A DNA stretch of 64,000 bases from an uncultured delta proteobacterium (GTDB taxonomy: Bacteria; Myxococcota; Myxococcia; Myxococcales; Anaeromyxobacteraceae). The DNA lies in contig CAWFDF010000004.1 of NCBI GenBank assembly GCA_963814585.1, positions 352,001 through 416,000 of the forward strand, in the 5' to 3' direction. The translations under genes and the position numbers were made by a program. The notes below the pieces were generated by a model. The model worked only from the letters and a program-made list of their open reading frames with translations. It was not told where the DNA came from and ran no database searches. Positions 10,721 to 19,987 of this stretch are shown here, one piece after another. The first letter of the stretch is position 1; every line of letters starts with the position of its first letter.

Positions 10721-12424
10721 GTGTTCCTCTTCAACCCGCGCCAGCTCGCCGCCCGCCCCGACGACCCCGCCACCACCGCCCTGCTGGAGAAGACCGTCCA
10801 GTTCTTCGAGAGGAAGGGGAAGGGGCGCCTCCGCGAGGACGACCTGGCCCGGACCTGGTACGCCGACTTCCTCGACTTCTCGAGGCGGGAGGGGCTCCTC
10901 GCCACCTTCCTGACCCCGAGGCCCCTGGGCGGCCCGGAGGCCCGCTGGGACACCGGCCGCAACTGCGCGCTCAACGAGGTGCTGGGCTTCTACGGCCTGC
11001 CCTACTGGTACACCTGGCAGGTCACCATCCTCGGCCTCGGGCCCATCTGGATGAGCGGCAACGAGGCCGCCCGGCGGCGCACGGCGGCGCTGCTGGCCCA
11101 GGGCGGCATCTTCGGCTTCGGCCTCTCCGAGAAGGAGCACGGCGCCGACATCTACTCGACCGACATGGAGCTGGTCCCGGCGGGCGAGGGGCGCTGGCTG
11201 GCCCGCGGCGACAAGTACTACATCGGCAACGGCAACGAGGCGGCGCTGCTCTCGGTGTTCGGCAAGGTCTCCGGCACCGGGGAGTACGTCTTCTTCCTGG
11301 TCGACCCGAAGCGGCCCGGCTACCGGCTGGTGAAGAACGTGGTGGCCAGCCAGTCCTACGTCGCCGAGTTCGAGCTGCAGGACTACCAGGTGGCCGAGGC
11401 CGACGTCCTGCTGCGCGGGCAGGCGGCCTGGGACGCGGCGCTCAACACCGTCAACGTCGGCAAGTACAACCTCGGCTGGGGGTCGATCGGCATCTGCACC
11501 CACGCCCTCTACGAGGCGGTGCGGCACGCCGCCAACCGCCGGCTCTACGGCATGGCGGTCACCGACTTCACGCACGTGCAGCGGCTCTTCACCGACGCCT
11601 GGGCCCGGCTCACGGCCATGCGGCTCTTCGGGCTGCGGGCCGCCGACTACTTCCGCTCGGCGTCGCGCCAGGACCGGCGCTACCTGCTCTTCAACCCGGT
11701 CATGAAGATGAAGGTCACCACCGAGGGCGAGAAGGTGATCGACCACCTCTGGGACGTGATCGCCGCCAAGGGCTTCGAGAAGGACACCTACTTCGAGATG
11801 GCGGCCCGCGACATCCGGGCCCTGCCGAAGCTGGAGGGGACGGTCCACGTCAACATCGCGCTGATCGTGAAGTTCATGAAGAACTACCTCTTCGCCCCGG
11901 CCGACCTCCCGGTGGTGCCGCGGCGCGACGAGCCGGGCGACGACGCCTTCCTCTGGGACCAGGGGCCGGCCAGCGGCCTCTCCGCCATCCGCTTCGCCGA
12001 CCCGGCCCCGGTCTTCGCCGCCTGGCCGCAGCCCAACGTGGCCGTGTTCCGCGAGCAGCTGGCGGCCTTCAAGACCCTGCTGGCCCGGGCCACGCCCACC
12101 GAGGCGCAGTCGAAGGACGTCGACTTCCTGCTGGCGGTGGGCGAGCTCTTCACGCTGGTGGTCTACGCGCAGCTCGTCCTCGAGGGCGCCGCGCTCCACG
12201 CCGCCGAGGGGATCGACGGGGACACCGTCGACCAGATCTTCGACGTGCTGGTCCGCGACTTCTCCCGCCACGCCGTCGACCTGCACGGCAAGGCCGCCTC
12301 GACCGAGGCGCAGATGGAGCTGGCGCTGGGGATGATCCGGAAGCCGGCGCAGGATCCGGCCCGGCAGGCGCGCATCTGGGCCCGGGTCCACGCCCTCAAG
12401 GACGCCTACGAGATGAGCCCGTAG
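10721..12424 (+). CDS. Acyl-CoA dehydrogenase family protein
   Basis: FGLSEKEHGAD, GDKYYIGNG, PKLEGTVHVN; GGAGG RBS. Confidence 0.88.
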   Translation: MFLFNPRQLAARPDDPATTALLEKTVQFFERKGKGRLREDDLARTWYADFLDFSRREGLLATFLTPRPLGGPEARWDTGRNCALNEVLGFYGLPYWYTWQVTILGLGPIWMSGNEAARRRTAALLAQGGIFGFGLSEKEHGADIYSTDMELVPAGEGRWLARGDKYYIGNGNEAALLSVFGKVSGTGEYVFFLVDPKRPGYRLVKNVVASQSYVAEFELQDYQVAEADVLLRGQAAWDAALNTVNVGKYNLGWGSIGICTHALYEAVRHAANRRLYGMAVTDFTHVQRLFTDAWARLTAMRLFGLRAADYFRSASRQDRRYLLFNPVMKMKVTTEGEKVIDHLWDVIAAKGFEKDTYFEMAARDIRALPKLEGTVHVNIALIVKFMKNYLFAPADLPVVPRRDEPGDDAFLWDQGPASGLSAIRFADPAPVFAAWPQPNVAVFREQLAAFKTLLARATPTEAQSKDVDFLLAVGELFTLVVYAQLVLEGAALHAAEGIDGDTVDQIFDVLVRDFSRHAVDLHGKAASTEAQMELALGMIRKPAQDPARQARIWARVHALKDAYEMSP

Positions 12425-12428
12425 CGGC

Positions 12429-13248
12429 ATGCCCCAGGCGCGCAAGCCCGGCCGACCGCCGGCCCACGACCCGCACCTCCTCTACGAGCGGGCCGTCCAG
12501 TCGCCCCATGCCGAGCTCGGCCTGCTCACCCGCCTGCTGCGCCGCGCCGGCCAGCCGGCCCGCCGCCTGCGCGAGGACTTCAGCGGCACCGCGCTCCTCT
12601 CGGCCGCCTGGGTGGCCGCCGGTCCGGAGCGCATCGCCGTGGCGGTCGATCTCGATCCCGCCGTCCACCGCTGGGCGGTGCGCCACCGCCTCCCGGCGCT
12701 CGGCCCGGCCGCCGAGCGGCTGCTCCTCTGCCAGGCCGACGTGCGCCGCGCGCCGCGCGGCCCCTTCGACGCCATCATCGCGCTCAACTTCAGCTACCAG
12801 GTCCTCCACCAGCGGGCCGACCTGCGAGGCCTACCTGGCGGCGGCGCGCCGGGCGCTGGTCCCCGGCGGGCTCTTCATGCTCGACCTCTTCGGCGGCTGG
12901 CTCTCGCAGCAGGCGGTCACCGAGCGGCGGCGCATCGGCGGCGGCGTCACCTACGCCTGGGAGCACGAGGCCTGCGACCCCATCACCCACCGCGTCCGCT
13001 GCGCCATCCACTTCGACCTGCCCGGCGGCCGGCGCCTGCGGCGCGCCTTCACCTACGACTGGCGGCTCTGGACCCTCCCCGAGCTGCGCGACCTGCTGGT
13101 CGAGGCCGGCTTCGACCGGGTCGAGGTCCAGTGGGACGTGGAGCCGCCCGGCGTCGAGCCGCGCTACCGGCCGCGGCGCCACGCCGCCAACCAGGGGGCG
13201 TGGCTCGCCTACCTGGTGGGGCGGCGGCCCGGCCAGACGACCCGGTGA
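12429..13248 (+). pseudogene. Class I SAM-dependent methyltransferase split by a frameshift near 12828 (possibly a sequence error)
   Basis: Frame 1: LYERAVQSP...LREDFSGTA...VDLD...ALNFSY...DLR; continues in another frame as AYLAAARRALVPGGLFMLDLFGG...AFTYDWRLWTLPELRDLL. Confidence 0.8.
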
Positions 13249-13367
13249 TCCCTGGAGCGCGCTCCCGGCGGGCTCCGCCCGCTCCCGCGCGCCGGGCCCC
13301 TGCACCGGCTCGCTTTCCACCCCGCGCGGCATTAGATCCAGTCCGTTCGCACCCGCAGGAGCCCCAC

Positions 13368-14579
13368 ATGATCCGCCTCGCCATCCGCACCAGGGCCCCG
13401 GCCGCCGCGCTCCTCGCCGCGGCCCTCCTCCAGGCCGGCTGTGTCTCCGAGTCCGAGCCGTCCCCGGGCTGGTTCACCGAGGCGGCGACGGTGGCCGACC
13501 TCGACGGCGACGGCACGCCCGACGTCCTGAGCGCCACGACCGTCTTCACCTCCGTCTACCAGCCCGGCTACCTCACCGTCCGCCGGCAGTCGAGGACCAG
13601 CCCCGGCACCTTCGACGCCCCGGTCCGGACCGACACCTGCCTCGACCCGGAGGCCCTCGCCGTCGGCGACATCGACGGTGACGGCGGGCTCGACGTGGCC
13701 GTGGCCTGCGGCGCCTCGGCCGGCGCGAGCTTCGAGGTGGCCATCCACCTCAAGGCCGGGGGCCAGGCTGGCGGCTTCGCCCCGCCCACGCTGCTCTCCA
13801 CCGGCACCTCGCAGCCCTCGGCCGTCCGGCTCGCCGACCTCGACGGAGACGGCCGGCTCGACCTGGTGGTCGGGACGCGCACCGGGACCGGCCTCCTCCT
13901 CTTCTTCCAGGCCCCGGGGCCGACCGCCGCCGGGACCTTCGCGCCGCCCGCGCCGGTGAGCCTCGAGGTCGGCGCCCCGCCGGTGGCCGCGGCCGTGGGC
14001 GATCTCACCGGCTCGGGCCGGCTCGACCTGGTGGCCACCACCTCCGACGGCCGCGTCGTGGTCCTGCTCCACGACACCGCGCCCGGGAGCTTCCTCCCCG
14101 GCGCCTCGTTCCCGGCCGGCGTCTCCCCGGCCGCCATCGAGATCGCCGACCTCGACGGGGACGGGCACCCCGACCTGCTCATGGCCGACCGCAATGGTTC
14201 ACTGCTGGTCATGACCCAGACGGCGGGCGGCGGCGCCTTCGACCCGGTGGTGTCCCACGCCACGCTCGACCTGCCCAGCGTGGCGCTCTCGGTGGCCGAC
14301 CTCGACGGCGACGGCCGCCTCGACGTGGTGGTGGCCAGCGCCGGACCGCCGGGCCTCCCCGGCTCGGTGGCGGTCTTCACCCAGGCGCCGGCCCCGACCC
14401 TCCCCGGCACGCTGTCGGCGCCCAGGCGCTACACCGGCTACTACGGGCCGCTCTCCGTCGTGGCGGACGACCTCGACGGGGATACCCGGCCCGATCTGGT
14501 CATCGCCGACGGGCTGGCCTCCATCCGGTACCAGGACCTGGACGGCCTGTTCCTGCCGCCGATCTGGCTGCGACAATAG
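13368..14579 (+). CDS. VCBS/FG-GAP repeat lipoprotein (beta-propeller)
   Basis: Lipobox LQAGC; seven D(L/I)DGDGxxD-type repeats; AGGAG RBS. Confidence 0.85.
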   Translation: MIRLAIRTRAPAAALLAAALLQAGCVSESEPSPGWFTEAATVADLDGDGTPDVLSATTVFTSVYQPGYLTVRRQSRTSPGTFDAPVRTDTCLDPEALAVGDIDGDGGLDVAVACGASAGASFEVAIHLKAGGQAGGFAPPTLLSTGTSQPSAVRLADLDGDGRLDLVVGTRTGTGLLLFFQAPGPTAAGTFAPPAPVSLEVGAPPVAAAVGDLTGSGRLDLVATTSDGRVVVLLHDTAPGSFLPGASFPAGVSPAAIEIADLDGDGHPDLLMADRNGSLLVMTQTAGGGAFDPVVSHATLDLPSVALSVADLDGDGRLDVVVASAGPPGLPGSVAVFTQAPAPTLPGTLSAPRRYTGYYGPLSVVADDLDGDTRPDLVIADGLASIRYQDLDGLFLPPIWLRQ

Positions 14580-14641
14580 CGCCCGCCCGTCCTGGCCGCG
14601 GCGGCCCCCCTCGGGCCTCGCCCCCGGCGTACACTCCTGGC

Positions 14642-16534
14642 GTGAAGCCCAGCCCACCGGCTCCAGGCGCACCCGCTCCTCCTCCCGGCGGCTATGCGCG
14701 TCCCCTCGCCGTCGCGGTCGAGGCGGCCCGGGAGGCGGCGCGCCTGCTGGCCGGCGAGTTCCACCGGCCCGAGGGGCCGCGCGGCAGCGGCGACCAGTGC
14801 CCGGCCGACACCGAGTCCGAGGAGATCCTCCGGCGCCGGCTGCTCGAGGCCTATCCCGACTTCGGCTTCATCGCCGAGGAGGCGCCCGCTCGCGACCGGG
14901 CGCCGGGTGATCCGGCCCGGCACGCCTGGGTCGTCGATCCCAACGACGGCACGCGCTACTTCCTGCGCGGGCGGCGCGGCGCCGCCATCTCCATCGGGCT
15001 GCTGCGCGACGGCCTCCCGGTGCTGGGCGTGGTGCTGGCCCACACCGCACCCCACGGCGGCGAGGACCTGATCAGCTGGGCCGAGGGGCTCGGGCCGGTG
15101 AGGCGCAACGGCGAGCCGGTCACCGCGCGCCGCACCGGCGCCGCCCTCCACGCCGGCGCCGTGGTGCTGGTCTCGCCGTCGGCCGAGGAGCACCCGCTGC
15201 ACGGCGGCCTCAGCCTGGCCCCCGGCCGCTTCCGCCCGGTGGCCTCGATCGCCTACCGGCTGGCGCTGGTGGCCGCCGGCGAGGCCGACGCCGCCATCTC
15301 GCTCCAGCCGCTCGACGGCCACGACGTGGTGGCCGGCCACGCGCTCCTCCTCGGCGCCGGCCTGACCCTGGTCGATGCCGCGGGCTCGGAGGTCCGCTAC
15401 CGGCCGGAGGGCCGGACGCGGATCGGGCCGGTCGCCAGCGGCGGCGAGGCGCTGGCGTCCGAGCTGGCGGGGCGCCTGTCGCGGCGGCCCGATCCGGGTC
15501 AGGCCCGGGAGGCGTCCGGCCTGGTGGAGACCCGGCCCGGACGGGCCTGCGCCGACCCATCGGTGCTGCGCCGCGCCCAGGGCGTGCTGCTCGGCCAGCT
15601 CTGCGGCGACGCGCTCGGCAGCCTCGTCGAGTTCGAGAGCGAGGAGGAGATCGCCGAGGACTACCCCGACGGCGTGCGCGAGCTGGAGGACGGCGGCACC
15701 TGGGACCTGCTGGCCGGCCAGCCCACCGACGACGGCGAGCTGGCCCTGGCGCTGGCGCGCACCCTGATCCGGAAGGGCCGGTTCGAGGCCGACGACGCCA
15801 TCCGCGCCTACGTCGCCTGGTACGAGTCGCACCCGTTCGACATCGGCCACACCACCAAGGCCGCCCTGGCCGCCGCCGCCGCCGCGCTGCGGGCCGGGCA
15901 GGATCCGGCCGCCGCCGCCCGCGCCGCCGCCAGGCCGGAGAGCCGGGCCAACGGCTCGGTGATGCGGGTCTCCCCGCTGGGGATCTTCGGCCACCGCCTG
16001 CCGCCCGCCGAGCTGGCGGTGATGGCGCGCCAGGATGCCCGGCTCACCCACCCGCACCCGGTCTGCGGCGACTCCGGCGTGGTCTTCACCGCCGCGCTGG
16101 CCCACGCGGTGGCGCGGGGCGGCACGCCGGCGGCGCTGGCCGACTGGGCGCTGGCCTTCGCCCGGGAGCAGCGGCTCCACGACGAGGTGATCGGGGCGCT
16201 GGCGGCCGCCACGACCCGGCGCCCCGACTACGCCACGCAGCAGGGCCTGGCCTCGGTGGCGCTCCAGAACGCCTTCTTCCAGCTGCGCCACGCCGAGCCG
16301 GAGGCGGCCCTGGTGGACACGGTGCGGCGTGGCGGCGACACCGACACCAACGCCGCCATCGCCGGCGCCCTGCTGGGCGCGGTCCACGGGGTCCACGGGC
16401 TCCCGCTCCGCTGGCGCAACGCCGTCCTCTCCTGCTTCCCGGTGGCGGGGCTTCCTGGCTGCCACCGCCCCCGCCCATCCGGCTGCTGGCCGGTGGACGC
16501 GCTGGTGGTGGCGGAGCGGTTGCTGTCAGGATGA
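14642..16534 (+). CDS. Inositol monophosphatase-family / ADP-ribosylglycohydrolase fusion
   Basis: N-terminal IAEE, WVVDPNDGT, HDVVAG (IMPase/CysQ fold); C-terminal GDALG, PTDDGE, NGSVMR, THPHP, GGDTDTNAAIAGALLGA (ARH/DraG). Confidence 0.9.
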   Translation: MKPSPPAPGAPAPPPGGYARPLAVAVEAAREAARLLAGEFHRPEGPRGSGDQCPADTESEEILRRRLLEAYPDFGFIAEEAPARDRAPGDPARHAWVVDPNDGTRYFLRGRRGAAISIGLLRDGLPVLGVVLAHTAPHGGEDLISWAEGLGPVRRNGEPVTARRTGAALHAGAVVLVSPSAEEHPLHGGLSLAPGRFRPVASIAYRLALVAAGEADAAISLQPLDGHDVVAGHALLLGAGLTLVDAAGSEVRYRPEGRTRIGPVASGGEALASELAGRLSRRPDPGQAREASGLVETRPGRACADPSVLRRAQGVLLGQLCGDALGSLVEFESEEEIAEDYPDGVRELEDGGTWDLLAGQPTDDGELALALARTLIRKGRFEADDAIRAYVAWYESHPFDIGHTTKAALAAAAAALRAGQDPAAAARAAARPESRANGSVMRVSPLGIFGHRLPPAELAVMARQDARLTHPHPVCGDSGVVFTAALAHAVARGGTPAALADWALAFAREQRLHDEVIGALAAATTRRPDYATQQGLASVALQNAFFQLRHAEPEAALVDTVRRGGDTDTNAAIAGALLGAVHGVHGLPLRWRNAVLSCFPVAGLPGCHRPRPSGCWPVDALVVAERLLSG

Positions 16535-17571
16535 GCCCCATGCCAGCCGATCAGGCCGAGCGGCGCCTCATGCGGATCATCACCTGGATGAAGGCGCGCT
16601 CCGAGCCCTTCACGCGCGCCGACCTGGTCGGGGCCTTCCCCGCCGAGTACGCCGGGAGCCCGGCGGCCGTGGAGAAGAAGTTCCTGCGCGACAAGGCGGC
16701 CATCGAGCGGCTCGGCATCGCGCTGCGGCCCGACGAGGGCGAGACCACCAGCTACCTGGTGGACCGGACCGCGCTCCACCTGGCCCAGGTCGACTTCGAG
16801 CGCGGCGAGGCGGCGGTGGTCTGGATGGCGGGGCGCGCCGCGGCCCGGGCCGCCAACCACCCGCTGGCGACCGAGCTCACCTCGGCGCTGCGCAAGCTGA
16901 TGGTCGGCACCGGCAGCCTGCCGGCGACCGTGCCAGGCCCGGGCGCCCTGACCCCGCCGGCGGTGCCGCAGGCGCTGGGCGCCTGGCTGGAGCTGCTGGC
17001 CGACGCGGTGCAGCGGCGCCGGCGGCTCCACCTCGGCTACCGCGGCGCCACCGGGGTCGAGACCACCCGCGACGTGGACGTCTACGGGTACGGCCTGCGC
17101 GACGGCGAGTGGTTCCTCGTCGGGCACTGCCACCTGCGGGACGCCCGCCGGATCTTCTTCCTGCGACGGGTCACGTCGCTGAAGGCCGGGCGCGACGACG
17201 GGCACCCCTGCGTGGTCCCGAAGGACACCAAGGGCGGTGACTTCACCGTGCCCCGCGACTTCGACTTCGACCAGTGGAAGACGCAGCGGCCGTGGGACTA
17301 CCTGGCCCACCCGCCGGTCGAGGCGCTGGTGCGGCTGGGTGGGGACCTGGCCCCCATGGCCCGCCGGCTGCTGCCGCGCGCCGTCGTCACGGCCGGGACG
17401 GACGGGCGCCGGGAGGCCCGGCTGGCGGTGCGGAACCTCGACGGCCTGGTCCGGCAGGTGCTGGCCTGGGGACCCGACGCCGAGCTGGCGGCGCCGCCCG
17501 AGGGGCGGGAGCGGGTCCGCGCCATCCTCGACGCGGCGGCGGCGGCGCATGCCGCCCGGGTGGGATCGTGA
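16531..17571 (+). CDS. WYL-domain transcriptional regulator, PafB-like (wHTH-WYL-WCX)
   Basis: N-terminal AERRL...EKKFLRDKAAIERLGI (PafB-type HTH); RDVDVYG..GEWFLVGHCHLRDARRIF; ATGA overlap with ARH fusion. Confidence 0.85.
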   Translation: MSPMPADQAERRLMRIITWMKARSEPFTRADLVGAFPAEYAGSPAAVEKKFLRDKAAIERLGIALRPDEGETTSYLVDRTALHLAQVDFERGEAAVVWMAGRAAARAANHPLATELTSALRKLMVGTGSLPATVPGPGALTPPAVPQALGAWLELLADAVQRRRRLHLGYRGATGVETTRDVDVYGYGLRDGEWFLVGHCHLRDARRIFFLRRVTSLKAGRDDGHPCVVPKDTKGGDFTVPRDFDFDQWKTQRPWDYLAHPPVEALVRLGGDLAPMARRLLPRAVVTAGTDGRREARLAVRNLDGLVRQVLAWGPDAELAAPPEGRERVRAILDAAAAAHAARVGS

Positions 17572-18536
17572 GCGCCCGGTTCGAGGCCAGGCTGCGGCGG
17601 CTCCTGCTGCTCATCCCCGCCTGCACGCGGGCCGGGGACGCCGGCCTCGCCATCGACCGGGCGGTGGCCCTCACCGGCGCCGCCAGCGCCGCGGAGCTGC
17701 GCGCCGACGTGCTGGCCGTGCAGGGGGTGGCGGTCGACGACGAGCCCGACGCCTCCCACCTGCTGGTCGAGGTGGAGGGAGATCGGATCCGCGTCGACCT
17801 CGACATGGGCTTCGGCCGCCCGCCGCCGCTGTCGGTCCGCGAGGGGGCGGCGCTGCTCTCGGCGCTCCGGCCCTTCCTGGGAACCGGCGTGCGCGCCGTG
17901 GAGACCGCCGCCCGAAAGATCCGGCGCGCCATCCCCGACCACGTCCGCGGCGAGGTGCTGGCGCTGGCGGCCACCACCGACCTGGCCCTGCCCCCGGCCA
18001 GCGAGTGGACGGTGGCGCTGGAGGAGGCCATCAGCAACCGGCTCGAGGTGGTGGTCGACTACCACACCGCCTCCACCGGGACCTTCGCGCGCAAGGTGCT
18101 GGAGCCGCGCGTGCTGCTGCCGAGCGACGGGCGCTGGTACCTGATCGCCTTCGACGGCGGGCGCGGCGCGGAGCGGGTCTACCGGCTCGACCGGATCGCC
18201 TCGCTGGCGGTGGGGTCGCGCTGCTTCGGCGAGCACCGGGGCCCCGCCCTGGCGCGCGCCGGCCGCCGGCACTACCGCCCCTCCGGGCAGGAGCGGCCGG
18301 TGGTCCTCCGCTTCTCGCCGGAGGCGGCGCGGGCGGCCCGGGAGCGCTGGGGCGGCGTCGCCGGCCAGCCGGCCGGAGCCGATGGCGCGGTCACGCTCAC
18401 GGTCATGGTCACGCCCAACGAGCACTTCCTGGGCGAGGTGCTCGGCTGGGGTGGGACCTGCGAGGTGGTGGGTCCGCCGGACGTCCGCGACGCGATGCGC
18501 GGGCGGATCGAGGCGCTGCGCGCCTCCTACGAGTGA
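17568..18536 (+). CDS. WYL-domain transcriptional regulator, PafC-like
   Basis: RLRRLLLLIP...ELRADV, RPPPLSVREGAALL (PafC-type); LEPRVL...GRWYLIAFD...RVYRLDRI; GTGA overlap. Confidence 0.87.
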   Translation: MSARFEARLRRLLLLIPACTRAGDAGLAIDRAVALTGAASAAELRADVLAVQGVAVDDEPDASHLLVEVEGDRIRVDLDMGFGRPPPLSVREGAALLSALRPFLGTGVRAVETAARKIRRAIPDHVRGEVLALAATTDLALPPASEWTVALEEAISNRLEVVVDYHTASTGTFARKVLEPRVLLPSDGRWYLIAFDGGRGAERVYRLDRIASLAVGSRCFGEHRGPALARAGRRHYRPSGQERPVVLRFSPEAARAARERWGGVAGQPAGADGAVTLTVMVTPNEHFLGEVLGWGGTCEVVGPPDVRDAMRGRIEALRASYE

Positions 18537-18620
18537 GCATGTACGCCCCGAACGGGTCCTCCAGCCCGCAAGGGTCGCGCTCCCGGTCAGCCGCCGCTAG
18601 GTCATGCTCGGAGGTCGGGC

Positions 18621-19376
18621 TTGAAGGTCGTCACCTGGAACGTCAACGGGATCCGCGCCAGGGAGGCCCAGGTCCTCGAGCTGCTCGACCGGGAGTCACC
18701 GGACCTGGTCTGCCTGCAGGAGATCAAGTCGCCGGCGGACAAGGTGCCGGCCTCGCTGCGCGAGGTGCCCGGCTACCACGGCTGCTGGCACGGCGACTCG
18801 GCCTACTCCGGCGTGGCGCTGCTGGTGCGCAAGGAGCGGGTGGACCTGGCGCCCGCCTTCGTCTACCCGCCCTTCGACTTCGAGACCCGCGTGGTGGCGT
18901 CCGAGGTGGGCGGCGTGACCGTGGCCTGCCTCTACGTCCCCAACGGCGGCAAGGACTTCGAGGCCAAGCTCCGCTTCGTCACCGCGCTCGACGCCTGGGC
19001 GGGCCAGCTGGCGGCGGCGGACCGGCCCCTGCTGCTCTGCGGCGATCTCAACATCACCGCCACCGCGGACGACGTCCACCTCAAGGAGCGGCGGGCTGGC
19101 GCCATCGGCCAGCGCGACGACGAGCGGGCGCTGCTGACGGGGCTGCTGGGGCGCGGGCTGGTGGACGTGGGGCGGGCCCTCGATCCGTCCAACCCGGCGC
19201 TGTTCACCTGGTGGCCGCCGTGGCGCGGGCTCCGGCAGAAGAACGTCGGCTGGCGGATCGACTACGTGGTGGCCAGCCGCGGGCTGGCCGGGCGGGCCCG
19301 CCGCTGCCGGGTGCTGGCCGAGTTCGGCACCAGCGACCACGCGCCGGTGGTCGGCGAGTTCGAGGGGTGGGGGTAG
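18621..19376 (+). CDS. xth: Exodeoxyribonuclease III / AP endonuclease
   Basis: TWNVNGIRAR, CLQEIK, YVPNG, GDLNI, FTWW, GWRIDY, SDHAPV. Confidence 0.93.
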   Translation: MKVVTWNVNGIRAREAQVLELLDRESPDLVCLQEIKSPADKVPASLREVPGYHGCWHGDSAYSGVALLVRKERVDLAPAFVYPPFDFETRVVASEVGGVTVACLYVPNGGKDFEAKLRFVTALDAWAGQLAAADRPLLLCGDLNITATADDVHLKERRAGAIGQRDDERALLTGLLGRGLVDVGRALDPSNPALFTWWPPWRGLRQKNVGWRIDYVVASRGLAGRARRCRVLAEFGTSDHAPVVGEFEGWG

Positions 19377-19396
19377 GATGGCGCGGAGGTCCTGCC

Positions 19397-19972
19397 ATGC
19401 CCACCGACTACCAGCCGCTCGCGCCCACCGAGCACCAGCGCCGTCCCGAGCTCACCCGCGGCGATGACTTCATCAAGGCCATGCTCCGGCGGGGCGTGGT
19501 CGCCCACGTCGGCAACCTGAGCGGCGACCAGCCCTGGGTCCACCCCACCAACTACTGGTACGACGAGGCGGGCCACCGGCTGGTCTTCCACGGCCACCTC
19601 GCCGGCCGGACCCGCTCCAACCTCGATCACTTCCCCAGGGCCTGCGCCGAGGTGAGCGAGTTCGGCCGGCTCCTCCCCTCCAACTCGCCGTACGAGCTCT
19701 CCATCCAGTACCGGGCCGTCCTGGTCTTCGGCCGCGTGGCCGTGCTCGCCGACCCGGCCGAGGCCCGCGCCGCGCTCGGCGGGCTCATCGCCAGGTACTT
19801 CCCCGCCCTGCGCGAGGGCGAGGACTACCGCCCCATCACCCCGCAGGAGCTGGGGGCCACCAGCGTCTACGCCCTCGCCATCGAGTCCTGGAGCGGCAAG
19901 GAGAACTGGCCGGAGGCGGCCGAGCAGCTGGCCGACTGGAAGCCGCTGGCGCCCGGCCTGGCCGGGCGCTGA
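19397..19972 (+). CDS. Pyridoxamine 5'-phosphate oxidase-like (NimA-type) flavin-binding protein
   Basis: PWVHPTNY...FHG..AGR, SIQYRAVLVFG, ESWSGK; GGAGG RBS. Confidence 0.8.
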   Translation: MPTDYQPLAPTEHQRRPELTRGDDFIKAMLRRGVVAHVGNLSGDQPWVHPTNYWYDEAGHRLVFHGHLAGRTRSNLDHFPRACAEVSEFGRLLPSNSPYELSIQYRAVLVFGRVAVLADPAEARAALGGLIARYFPALREGEDYRPITPQELGATSVYALAIESWSGKENWPEAAEQLADWKPLAPGLAGR

Positions 19973-19987
19973 GCCCGGAGAGTCCCG

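Noticed and set aside
7741..10974. 1077-aa minus-strand ORF and many other long Arg/Gly/Pro-rich ORFs
   Set aside because: Shadow ORFs of a high-GC genome that overlap well-supported genes on other frames or strands
12429..14579. Methyltransferase-VCBS fusion (716 aa)
   Set aside because: Artefact of the frameshift near 12828; the VCBS lipoprotein has its own RBS, ATG and lipobox
18585..18608. PafBC-like box before xth (GGTCAG...CATGCT)
   Set aside because: Mismatch in the core and spacing is 12 rather than 10
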